Positions 13,023-25,712 of a stretch of 64,000 bases of DNA are shown in pieces; the stretch's first letter is position 1, and each line of letters opens with the position of its first letter. The stretch is taken from positions 23,064,001-23,128,000 of the forward strand of contig NC_043017.1 of assembly GCF_006345805.1 (NCBI RefSeq), written 5' to 3'. A model generated the notes under the pieces. The model made no database searches. It was not told where the DNA came from and worked only from the letters and a program-made list of their open reading frames with translations. This stretch comes from Octopus sinensis (lineage: Eukaryota). The position numbers and the translations under genes are program-made.

Positions 13023-13250
13023 AGAAGGCGGCGAGCTGGCAGAAACGTTAGCACGCCGGGCGAAATGCTTAGCAGTCTGCCGTTACGTTCCGAGTTCAAA
13101 TTCCGCCGAGGTCGACTTTGCCTTTCATCCTTCCGGGGTCGATAAATTAAGTACCAGTTACGCACTGGGGTCGATGTAATCGACTTAATCCGTTTGCCTG
13201 TCCTTGTTTGTCTCCTCTGTGTTTAGCCCCTTGTGGGTAGTAAAAGAAAT
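13023..13250 (+). mobile_element. SINE family A
   Basis: 19-bp perfect TSD ATATATTGTTTACCTTCAT (13004-13022, 13251-13269). Confidence 0.92.
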
Positions 13251-13873
13251 ATATATTGTTTACCTTCATTGTGTTCTGTGTGTACTTGTCAGTATACGCA
13301 TGACAGTGTACTGTGTGTGTGTGTGTGTGCTGTGTGTGTGTACTTAAGTATTCCTGTATATGTGTCTGTGAAAGTGAGAGATGACCAACACTACAATTCT
13401 CACCCACCAATACAAAATACAATCCAATGCAGTATTACTTTACGCTCGCTGCGTAGTCGCAGGTCAGTCTTGGCGGAATTGACCAATGATAAAAGACGTC
13501 CCAGCTGCTCTTTCCATTGGCTTTTTTTTCTTTCCTTTTCGGACATAAAGTAATAGAAAACATTATCCAAAGTCTTTCACGATTTAAGACAGTTGGACGA
13601 AATTTAGGAAAGTTTAGCTGCTACTAAATCAGATAACGAAATTGTACGAAAGACAGACAGGTGAAGGAACAACAAACAAGGTGTATTAGTTTGACGCTTA
13701 GGAAAAATGTAAGTCTTCGATGTTTCGGACCTAGGCTCTTCTACAGAAAGGAATGAAGAAAGAAAACAATAAAAAATGGAGTTAAAAAAACGCGTCTGGA
13801 CTAACAGTTGCGCGGGCACACACATACTACACACACACACACACACACACACAGACACACACACACACACACA

Positions 13874-13934
<61 letters not shown>

Positions 13935-15376
13935 CAACTCTTGTAAAACAATAGTGTTCTTAACTCGTGTATCAAGTATGTCACTAACACAAAATCTGTT
14001 TATAAACTTGAGTGTATAGAGGTTTTCCACTCAACACTACTCATCGCCAGATGAAAGCAATTAGCGAAGGAGTTCTTCCCGCTTAGGACATTGATGGTGG
14101 AAGATGTGTGATGCGTCTGTCATCGTGCTTGACTCAAGTGCAACTTGTTGTAGTCGTCAGATAACGAAATTTCAAGTGATGCACGTGCACTCTCCTTGTC
14201 GAAGATATAAATAAATGAGTTTCGATGTAGGACGCTATTCAGAACCATCTCTATGAACACGGTCGTGTTTTTATTCTATTTCAGGGGATTCGATCTCGCG
14301 ACCCTTAAATTAATCAATTTCCCTTATTTGCTCATTTCCAATGAGCATGTTTGACAAGATGCTTAGCGGTATTCCTTCTGACTCTATACGTTCTGAGTTC
14401 AAATTCCGCCAATGTCAACGCTACCTTTCATCCCTGGGGTCGGCAAAATAAAGTATCAGTCAAATACTGGAATTGATGTAATCAACTAACACCCCCACCC
14501 CATCTATTCTTCAAGAACTGATTTCCTTGATCACTGCAGCAGACGGGCCTTCCGTTCAGGGGCAACGTTCTGATTTTGGTCATTTATACGCAAAAGGTTC
14601 AGGAAGTTATCCGGGTTTTCCAGTTTGGGGTCTGAAAGTAAAAAACCACCACCACCGCTGAACAGGATGCTAGTTTATCAAAGGGTTATCACCCCAAATG
14701 TCACAATGCACCCCCTGGTCCAAATACACAACTTAATGACCCTCAGCCCAACGTCCTAATCAGGTCATACATCCTCACGACTCCGGTCGTAGGAGCCCAA
14801 AAGTTACGAAGGGCTTCTGATTGTTCAGCCTGCTAGAAATAGCAGCTAACTTTCCCTCAAATCAACCTTGCCTAACATCTTAAGGAAGAAAATTACATTC
14901 GGTAAATAATTTTTAATGCCACTAAAAGAAGGATTAGTCATAGGTGGAAAACTTTTGATCGTTGGGTTAAATGTCGACCTAGGGTTCAACAACAACGCGA
15001 CAGTCGTTGCTTGTCCCCTCCCAATCTCGGTGGCTCTGCACCGAGTGCATAGGTACTGCCTACTTTCTTATCATGAAGCTATGAATACAAAATATTCAGC
15101 AAGGTTGTACATGGGAATTTCCGAAACAGCTCACTAATGATTACCTGATAGAATCTACACTCACACACACACACGGGAATTTCCTATCCGGTTCAACAAT
15201 GATTACCTGACATACACACATACGTACGTCTGTGTGTGTAATCATTGCTGAGTTGGTTAGGAAATTTCCAGGTATGACCTGTGTGTGTAAGTATTTCTAC
15301 TCTAACACATCATATACAGGAATTTCCGAATCAACTGATCATTGATTACCTTCTAAATTCCAGAACATATTCTTAA

Positions 15377-15684
15377 CCCCTTACCCGGCAGAAACGAATA
15401 TATTCATTTTGACCGAAATCGTTTTTTTCTATCTCTGGCGAGTTAACTCGTCAAAAGATAGACTCGCCAAAATCGACAGCAAACGAGTTCCTTCGTCTAA
15501 AAACGGGTTAACTCGTTTCTGCCCAAAGCGGTAATTTAAAATCAATATTATTGAATTAAAATTCATAATAAATAAGGTTTGAAATATACCTCGAAATCAC
15601 CATTCAAAACATAGTAAAATAAAACAATTAAAAAATATGTCTGAAAAAATACATTTATTTTCAAAATAATTGTTGGGTAAGGGG
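15377..15684. mobile_element. piggyBac-type MITE, 308 bp
   Basis: TTAA|CCCCTTACCC ... GGGTAAGGGG|TTAA. Confidence 0.85.
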
Positions 15685-15809
15685 TTAATGATTGTTATGT
15701 AGCCGATATCTGAGAGGTGGTTGGTTCGATTCTCGGTTTTCTAACGGTATTTACCCAAGCTTCTAAGTTTTCACAGTAACACTGCGTTCGAAATTTATTT
15801 TATCTTCTG

Positions 15810-15873
<64 letters not shown>

Positions 15874-16571
15874 CAGATGGGTTTGCAGGATTGGCTGATT
15901 ACTTAGCACTGAGACAACAGTAACGTAAAACGCCCTTTAGTTGTTGGTAGTAAACTCTGTGTGTACCAAATCCAATATGAACTACAAATCCGACCCACGG
16001 TTGGCTCCAAGTATGGCATAAGTTGAACCCTATATATATATATATATATATATTACACAAGGTCTTTAGCACCCATAAACCTTTTTAGGGGCCTCTGAGG
16101 GTGATGGAGAGAAAGTTATCCTTTGACCAGAAATCTGACCTGAATACATGCAAAAGAGTAGTTTCCGCCAGAAGTACCTGAGAGTCGTGTGGTGGTGTTC
16201 AGCCGGGCGACGGTTTATGTCTGTAACCCTAGAACAGAGACAACCTTTCTGGCGGATTTCCAAATGGTTTCTGTCAATCAAGTTTGATGTACAAGGCTTT
16301 TGTCGACTCTACCCTCTTGTAAGAGATATTTAACCAGGATTATCTATGGTGTTTTTTAATCAGAAATTGCGCAGCGAACGTCTTAACACACAGCCGCATT
16401 GTCAGTCCTAAAAATGATTTCGGTTCCAACTTTAGACTCTTTAACAGAATTTTGTCCTTCAGATCCTTTAACGTGTCTGAAAGAATCTGGAATAAGTAGT
16501 GCTGCAATCTAAACATTATATATTCTACTCGTACATCTAAGCCCCTTGGCTGCTGAAGGTAGGACAATTGT

Positions 16572-16612
16572 CACGCTGAAGACACCTAGTGAGGCGAAAT
16601 CGCGTGTCCGTG
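16572..16612 (+). ncRNA. Minimal type I hammerhead-like motif, slightly decayed
   Basis: CACG-CTGAAGA-cA-CCT-agtg-AGG-C-GAAA-T-cgcgt-GTC-CGTG, with AATAAA at 16631. Confidence 0.5.
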
Positions 16613-16792
16613 TCGGTCATATTTGCAGATAATAAATCTTCTCCTTTTCTAAAACGGTATATAAGTTTGGAAACTTTTGATTATTGACGATCTTCCCTCC
16701 TCGTACGGAGCTGTTCTCTATTAGCATTTGATAATTAAGGCACATCGTCTAGATGCGGAAATAATTTTAATCAGGATTTTGTATGTGTGTGT

Positions 16793-16836
<44 letters not shown>

Positions 16837-19800
16837 AAGTAAAAATATCATAAATAGAGAATCTCTCGCCACAGCTTAAGATAAAGTTCCTTGTTTCAAT
16901 TGTTAACTAGAAAGGTGACATTTGACTGCTGCTCTGAACGTTTGTTTAACAATCAACCGTAGTTGTTTATATTACTTATCTATGTCTCTCCTTGTCATTT
17001 TCAATACTTGACACGAGTGACCCTCAAGATGATCTCTTACCTAAAAATAAAACAAGGAAACTTTTATATTTCAATGTTCACATTTTTTTTTATCCCTTAA
17101 TTTTTCTTTGAAAGTATTTGGCATGAACACTCCGTTACCCAACAAACTGAAACAATACGACCCACTTAAATCTATCTATTCTCCTTTTTACGCTTTACAC
17201 GCCTCGTTTTTTTTTTTATTAGCCTGTCAAGGTAAGTTAGACCAGTGATGAAACACATTCACCCTTTCGTTAAAGCGGTTAGAACTCGCGTCCTCTTCCT
17301 CCTCAGCGTAGAGTTTAAAGCCTTAGTTCTTGCTTTCCTTACAGCTAAAAATTTGTACATAAATGTAGATCTATGTTTCAGTTTAGTGGGAAAGGTTTGT
17401 GCTGTGGTCATGGTTGAGTCAAACATAGTCAGAAAGGATTTACAGGCCATTAATAATTTTCTTTCATCAAAAGTTATGATCTGGAACAAACTGAAGTAAC
17501 GGCATGTTGTTGTTGTTTCTTAGATTATTATTTTTTTTTTATTCTCACGAACCATTAAAGTTTTGATATTCAGGAATTTTAGCCAAAGCCAGTGTAAGGC
17601 AGTGAAAATGCTCGTTGTGTGGGTTTCTTGATCGTCTGTTGATATAACCACTCACGATTATTGCCCCTATGTCTATAATTTATAATGCTTGTAGTAAAAG
17701 AAAATTAGTCGATCCGGAGCACGTTTGCTCTCGGTATCTTCCGTGAAATACAACGAAAATATATGGTGCACACAGTCGAAAAGCTTAGGTGTGTTCCGCC
17801 CGAGGCAGCCCTTGAGTTTGCTGCTCACCTCCTCCAGGACTTCGTGCCCCCAGATAGGTTTGTTTGTACTGCAAGCCCAAAAATGTCATCCTCAAAAGCG
17901 TTGCGTGGGCTGGACCAATCTACCCCACCTCCATCTTGGGTGCAAATTATATGAAATAAAACCTAACATTACGGCGTGCTTACCAAGTATCTCAATATGA
18001 GAAAGCTTGGGTCAATATTTGTGATATTCCACGATGTTGAAAGTACACTCTAAAAGTTTTCGGAAGAGCAGAGAAACAAAATATCTCTCCATGTTTCACG
18101 AGTTGGTTGACTCACTCTTCAGTTGGAAAACTGAACCAGTAAGCTATCGCTTTGTGGTTTGCCTAAAATATTTGGAGGAGTAATTTCAGTCAAATTATTT
18201 TTGCAGCAAAGCTCAAAATAGGTTTTAAATATTTTATTGTAAACATTGTCTGTATGATAGGCAGTCTACGTTTGTTTAGGGAAATAATTTATATTTGAAA
18301 GTCGGTAACCGAACATGTATATTATAGATGACAGTGAATACTTGCAAGGGTGTTTACGAAAGTTTTGAAGATAAACTGAATATTTCAATTAAATTGCATG
18401 TTCAGGGGTGGGGATTGTCGTGCAGACGATAAACATGACAGATTTGTTGATAAAATTTGGCACCATTCTGCACAAATAAAGTTTTGTTTAGATTTTTCGA
18501 AAATGTAGAAATTTTGTCAGTATAATCACTTCCAATGTGATATGGTTTCAATTCTCAGTTGATATCAGTTCACCTCACAGATATCGTTAATACGCTAAGG
18601 TATGATATGAGGGGACAAAACAACAATATTTGAAGGTAGAAATCTGAGTTATCAAATCTAGATCCACTGAGACACGAAATCTAATGCGCTGCTGTAGTTC
18701 GTGACTCCTGTAGCTGTGTGTGTGTGTGTGTGTGTTGTAGAAACATTTTAAGACCAAAATAGTTATTTTACACCCGTTTCATATGTATGAATTTGTGGAA
18801 TCAAATATTCATTTTACAGTTGCACTTGTCTAAAAAGTGATTTGGTCTGAGACTATGTATTGAAACCGAAAGAATTACGTTTCAGGAAAACCAATTCCAG
18901 TCATTTAGTAACTTTGAAAATTTTTTTGTCATAAAACTACGACCATAAAACATAGTCCCATATTTGTAATGAAACTTTCACTAATCAGGTCGCAGCTGTA
19001 GGACGAATATTTCGATACTTCGTGACATAAATTTGACTGAGTTTTTAACATCACACCTGTGATCCCAGGTGCAACCCCAAAAGATTTTAGGTATTGGCGA
19101 ATTGCCAATACCTAGCTTAAAACGTAAAATTTACCCAACTAACAGCTGTCGTGCTGACAGCAATGAATTGTTGTTGTTCGTGTATGGTTGAGGAGTTGGA
19201 AATTTGTTGACTAAACCATTTGAAGGTAAGTTGACTTGAACACGAACCACCGCTCTTTTTTGTGGTGAGTCTGCTATACTATCGACTCCAGTAGTGTGTG
19301 TGTGTGTGGTGGGGGTTGTGGAAACAAACACTCGTTACATTCCTGTTAAGCCGTCTCTGACAGAACTTTTTTTTATTGATTATGAAAACGTCTATCAAAT
19401 GTAGGACAGATTAGACACATTTCGGTGAAAATAGAAGCATTATTTTCGTAATGTTTTAGTTGTGTGTGTGTTACCGTTTCTTTTCTATTGTGCAGATGTA
19501 AGGTAAGTGTTTCGCCTTTTTTAGTATGAATTCGTTTAATTGCGAATATTACACACTCACACACACATCAGTGCTTATGCTCTTCGTTTTTGTTTTTTAA
19601 TTTAGACACTACACACTCAAATGACTCATACGACACAAACAAAATTGACTTACATTATTTTGTTTTATTATTCATTCTGTATTGTATGAGTCATTTCAGT
19701 TTTTTTTTTTTTGCTTCCAATTAATTTTTAAAAGAGAAAAAAAAAACGAACGCCACAAAAATGGGCGTCGAAAGTTGGGGTAAGAGAAGGGAAAAAAGTT

Positions 19801-21163
19801 ATTCTCAGACTGGAAACTTGACCCGAATGCTTGCAACAGAAGGGATGGTATTGAAGGCACTTCAACCCCCTGGGATTACACTGTCTCATATTTTCAGCTT
19901 TAAACTCTACGCTGAGCTTATTTGCGTCCGGCGATATAAATGCAAAGAATACGAAGTGAATTTTTATAAAAGGACTTTTTGTAAGAGGCCATGCAAACAT
20001 TATTTTCTGACAAAGTCGAGTTGGAAAATATATGAAAAGTGCAAGTCACCGTTGAGACAATCCTGTACGACCTTCTGGAATAAAACCGAGTACAAGTAAC
20101 GTGCAATATTTTTTTGATAAATATTAACGAATATTTGAAAGTCTTTGCATTTACCTCAGCTCTTTATTCTGTTTAGAAAATATACACTTTTTCTAATTCT
20201 TCAAAATTACTTACTTATGAAACGATCCTTGGATGCACAAAAGTACATTGAATTGGAAAGTCAATTGTGTGCGAAAAGAGAAAGGACCGGTTTGCTTTGA
20301 TAAGGGTTAAACACCAACTGTTTAACCCGTCATAGCACTACTGTTACTATTATCACTTTGCAAAGCCGATGAGATTTGGTAATCTTTCGTGGAGTTCTTT
20401 GATGTTCCAAGAAAGGTTCCATGGAATTATAAATTCCCTCAGTAGTCCAGTTTTTAATCTCAAGAAACAGACAAGTATTTATTCAACCTTTTTTTCATGA
20501 TTTTGTAATCATAATACCTTGATAACGGGAGAAGTTGTTTAAAGATAGATTTATCAGCTGCTTCAACTGTAATTAGAAAAAACGAGGATTAAATTCGTCA
20601 AAAGAAGCAGCACCAATAATATTTGAAGATCTAATTCTTTTGGTTCTCGCACGTTTTTTTTTTCTTTTTTAATCAAAGCCGACATTTCTAATAAGGACAA
20701 CCAAATAATCTATTACTATTAACCAGATTTTTAACCACGTGATAAATATTGCGTTCGCCCCTACCGCATGTCATTGACACATCTCTCTCCCTCTCTTTCT
20801 CCCTCCCTTTTGTTCTCTCCCTCTTTCACGAGACAACATAATGCATTTGGGCCTTGGCGTATTGATACTCTAGCTCATCTTCGTCTGGGTAAGGGTCAGA
20901 CTGTACATTAAGATCATAAACAATACATACAATAATTGTGGAGTGTTGCATTGTGGACATGCTTTACTCTTTCCACTGTCCAGTCTATGTCCATCGATTG
21001 TAATAATGGCCACATGAGAGGCAGACGAGGTCTTAACTACCAAGTAAAGAGAGAACATAAAATTAGTTGTAAGTCAACGTTTTCTATTCTTGTTGAAGTC
21101 GGTTATTAACTGCAATATCACTGAATTTTCGTATTCTCTTCCTTGAATGTTAACACTGTACAT

Positions 21164-21498
21164 CAACGGTTCTCAACCATTTTTTTCTTTTTTTAACCAA
21201 TGGACCCCTTTGATTACTCTTTTATTCTGGTGGACTCCCAAAGCCATTCGATGCTTAAAAACTAGTTTCATAGAAACTTCTTTCAAAATTCCTATTTTGC
21301 TTTTAATACATTAACTTGTGTAGGTTGAACTATGGAAAATGTTAGAGAAAGAAACATAGTTGTTTTAAAGTTTAAAAAAATATTTCAAAGGTCCTTGAAA
21401 TGCGGTGAATCCCAAATTTACTATTTTGCTGCGTGGATCTCCAAAAATGTTATATGAACTCTTTTAGGAGTCATATAGATCCCAGTTGAAAACCACCG
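21164..21498. mobile_element. hAT (Charlie-type) MITE, older
   Basis: CAACGGTTCTCAACC ... GTTGAAAACCACCG; TSD CTGTACAT/CTCTACAT (7 of 8). Confidence 0.7.
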
Positions 21499-22169
21499 CT
21501 CTACATTTTTCTGTCCCTGGACTTTCTCACTAATAAAGTAAGTTTAACAATAAGTCACTGACATAAATAACAGATGTTGTATAGGACAGAAACTGTTGGA
21601 TTTGTGTATGTAAACATTTAATTTCGTTGAGGCATATATTCTGCTCTAAATACGAAGATTAGATTGATATCAGCAATCACCGAGTCGTATTTTTAATGAT
21701 CTTTAATGAGGCCAGTTTATTAGATGCGACACAGTTAAAGTACACCATTGTCTCGTTTCGGCACCTAGAATTTTCTCTAAGAATTTTATTAATCTCGTAC
21801 GATTATATGATTTAAGTCGATTAGTTAATATTGAATTTGGCTATTGTATAATGCCGTGTGTGAGGAGGGACAAGTAATGAGAAAAAATGTATTTTCTAAA
21901 CAACCGTAACATGAAAATGAAAGATAAAAGGGGAAAAGACGAAAAGTATCACGAGCAGTGAAACGAACTCGTGTTTCTTGCAGTTGGAGAAAAACTGTAA
22001 TTGATATCAATAGTTTTATCTAAACCTGAAGTGGGTCGATTGAGTAAGGCGTGGAGGTAGACATCAATTTGAAAATGGGCGAGAAAGCAGCTGTGCTTTG
22101 ACAAATAAATATGACTGCCAATATCCACTGCTACAACACGACGGCAATAATAAGAGTAATTCTTTTTAT

Positions 22170-23250
22170 TTAAGGCACAAAGCCTGAAGTTTGCGGGAGG
22201 AGGTTAAGTCGATTACATCGACCTCAGTACTCCACTGGTACTTAATTTATCGAACCCGAAAAGATGACAGGCAAAGTCGACCTCGGCGAAATTTGAACTC
22301 AGAACGTGGCGGCAGACGAAATACCTATTTCTTTACTACCCACAAGGGGCTAAACACAGAGGGGACAAACAAGGACAGACAAACGGATTAAGTCGATTAT
22401 ATCGAACCCAGTGCGTAACTGGTACTTATTTAATCGACCCCGAAAGGATGAAAGGCAAAGTCGACCTCGGCGGAATTTGAACTCAGAACGTAGCGGCAGA
22501 CGAAATACCGCAAAGCATTTTGTCCAGCGTGCTAACGATTGTGCCAGCTCGCCAAATTGATATTGATAATGGTTTCAAATTTTGCCACAAGGGCAGCAGT
22601 TTTGGGGAAGAGGATAAGTCGATTACATCGATTCCAGTGTACGACTGGTACTTAATTTATCAACGCCGAAAAGATGAAAGGCAAAGTGAACCTCAGCGGA
22701 ATTTGAACTCAGAAGGTAGCGACGAGCGAAGTACCACTAAACATTTCGTCCATCGTGCTAACGATTCTGCCAGCTCGCCGCCATAATAATGATAATAATA
22801 ATGATGATGATGATAATGATTATTATTATTATTATTATTTCATTTATTTGCCACAAATGCAACATTGTTTCGAGTGGAGTGGGTTCGTTGATTACATCAA
22901 CTTTTTAGGTATGTTATTTTATCAATTCCGGAAGGATGATCAGCAAGGTGGGATTTCAATTAATAACGCAAAGAGTCCGAGAAAATGCCACAACGCGTTT
23001 TATCAGACTCTCTAACAGTTATGACGATCCATCACCATAATAATAATGTTTTCGAATTTTGGCACAAAGCCAGCAATTTTGGGGGGAAGGGGATAAGTCG
23101 ATTACATCGACGCCTCTACTCAATAAGTACTTATTTAATTGATCCCGAAAGAATGAAAGGCAGAGTCTGCCCCTGCGAAGCTCACAACATGCAGGTGGAC
23201 GAAATACCGCTAAGCATTTTGTCCGGCATACTAACGATTCTGCCACTTCT
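22170..23250 (-). mobile_element. Head-to-tail cluster of at least four SINE-A copies of different ages
   Basis: Repeated CGACCCCGAAAGGATGAAAGGCAAAGTCGACCTCGGCGGAATTTGAACTCAG core at ~22250, 22440, 22670, 23140, separated by (AAT)n/(GAT)n tails. Confidence 0.85.
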
Positions 23251-24667
23251 GATCTAGGTTCAAAGTCATCAGTTTGAGAAAGAAGGATGTTAGTCGATAC
23301 CATGTGCCCCCAGTTTTTACTGGTACTGAACGCTATTGAGTATTCAATTTACTTGGCTTGCATTTCATTTCAAGACTGAAAAAAACACACGTTGCATGAA
23401 ACGTGCCAAAACCGTCTGTTTGAGAAAAAATTACACGAGTCAAAAGTAAGAACCTCAACTGGAAATTGAAACAGGATTGTAAGCACAGATTTCTGTGAAT
23501 TGATTCAAAGGCAACAGCAACAAGAAGGCACTTAGACAAGACAATCGATTTTACCAGTAATAATTTACGAGAACAGAATGTATATAAATTAACTGACTTT
23601 TCACTAGCAATGTCCTTGGCGTACATTTGCTACTGCTAATATTACAGCTTTTTCTATACAATATGTAGCTTACTTTATCGCTTATTCATTCATCACTGAT
23701 CCAGGATAACATGGTATTCTCAATTGTGAGCCATGTCACGCTTATTACGGATTGATTTGGGATAACATGGGTCGGCGATTAGTCGAAGATTCTACTTGAA
23801 CAGCAAAAACGCTCCCCAGCGATCGCCCAATGCCCGGCTACCCAGAATGTATTGACTATCGCTTGTGTTTTCTCAACCGTGGTTTGAGACTGCACCACGG
23901 TTGTGCATCTGCGTCCACCATGACCAACTTTGCCTATCGTCAAGGGACTAGTGAACCAAAACAATAGGAAGGCGTCTGATCCTACTGAACGACGCAGACG
24001 ATTGTATTCTCGACAGAAAAATAAGTAGAAATGATTGAGAAAATATGCGACGTTATGTAATATTGGTCAACGGATATTGTTTTCGGTATAAGACATCGAA
24101 CTTTCAAAGAATTGAAATAGAATTTTAAAATCAACTCAGTCATTGACTGTTATTTATTTTATCGGCCTTTAACGTGATTCCTCATATATATATTAGAGAT
24201 ATGATCTTGGGAAATTTTCAGCTTTTCATTATACAGCAACTTTGTAGTAGAAAGGGTTATAATTGAACATAAAACAAACTGTGTATGTGTGTACTGAAGC
24301 AAGGGTTTTATTCTGTCGCTCCTCTGGGTTCCTATTATCTCTGTTTCTCGGAGATTACATGGAATTATCATTAATTCGGGTGTTATATAAATGACACCCC
24401 ACTGGGGCGGGAGGGGGGAGAATCTCTGCCCCACCCCCGCCTCTTACCAAGATACTTCAACACTGGTTACCCGCTTCATACCTAAGTACATTAGCCTACT
24501 TCGCCCCATTCCCCTCCCTCCCTCCCTCCTCGCTATGATTCATGAGTGATTTGCTACATTTAACCGACTCCGACAAATAAAATGGAATCTTTTAAATTCA
24601 TTCGCCATTACAGCTGGAGGAAATGTTTCGCTCTGATACTTCGAGAAATTGTTCGAGTTTGCTCGGT

Positions 24668-24943
24668 CTCCCTCCCTCCTTCTCTCTCTCTCATTTTCTT
24701 TTCTCTCTCTCTCTCTTACTCTCTCTCTCTCTCTCTCTTACTCTCTCTCTCTCTCTTACTTTCTTTCTCTTTTCTCCACCTCTCTCTCTCGCTTTCTTTC
24801 TCTCGCTTTCTTTCTCTCGCTCTCTTTCTCTCGCTCTCTTCTCTCGCTCTCTTTCTCTCTCTCTCTTTCTCTCGCTCTCTTTCTCTCGCTCTCTTTCTCT
24901 CGCTCTCTTTCTCTCGCTCTCTTCTCTCGCTCTCTTTCTCTCG

Positions 24944-24996
<53 letters not shown>
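24668..24996. repeat. Degenerate (CT)n / (CTCTTTCTCTCG)n simple repeat
   Basis: Directly visible. Confidence 0.95.
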
Positions 24997-24999
<3 letters not shown>

Positions 25000-25411
25000 C
25001 CACATTAAAAGATTAAAACTTTTCCTACTGAAGCGAGCTGAGTTCGTGTGCGAGACACAGAGAGAGGGGGGCTGGGGGAAACTACGTCTGTGGTGGTGGG
25101 GGGATGCGTTATTGAGGCAACAGCTTACGACCAAACCCATTTCATATTCGTACCCAGCGCAACATCATCCCCCGCCGCCCCACGCACACACCAGAGTATG
25201 TGGATGTTTTTGATGGAAATTTCCTCCGAGAAACTTATCCATATTCAGCGATGCAGGTTTCGTTTCTTACAGTACTTAATGCTCTTTACTTGGCAGAGTG
25301 CAGCGAATGTATATAGAGTACACGAGTACAGACTAAAAGGTTAAATTCGCATTCCCGATCATGGGACTGGGTCCGAAATGTTAACCCCTTTTCCTTTGGT
25401 ATTGACTGTGA

Positions 25412-25712
25412 GGGCGCGTGGCTTAGTGATTAGCGTATTTGGCTGGTGATCGTATGGTCACGAGTTCGATACCCAGCTCGTTGTGTCCTTGAGCAAGACA
25501 TTTTATTTCACAGTGCTCCCGTCCACTCAGCTGGCAAAAATGAGTTGTACATGTATTTTAAAGGGGTCAGCCTTGTCACGATGAATCTCCGTGAGAACTA
25601 CGGTATGTGTGTCCGTGGGGTGCTCAGCCACTTACACATTAATTTCACGAGCAGGCTGTACTATTGATCGGATCAAGTGGAACCCTCGTCGTAACCGACG
25701 GAGTTCCAATTT
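25412..25712 (+). mobile_element. tRNA-derived SINE, family E
   Basis: GGCGCGTGGCTTAGTGATTAG...GAGTTCGATACC head, then GTGTCCTTGAGCAAGACA; related copies at 36245-36360 and 42025-42200. Confidence 0.7.

Noticed and set aside
13700-13750. Minus-strand TAGAAGAGCCTAGGTCCGAAAC as a hammerhead
   Set aside because: Core lacks CUGA, no stem I or III; probably a decayed retroelement terminus.
14211-14250. Minus-strand CTGAATA-GCGTCCTACATC-GAAAC as a hammerhead
   Set aside because: G8 is missing, and no NUH site or stem I follows.
24582-25213. Long Ser/Leu or Arg/Glu ORFs (also 5244-5759, 63-389, 12837-13179)
   Set aside because: Translations of CT/GA simple repeats.
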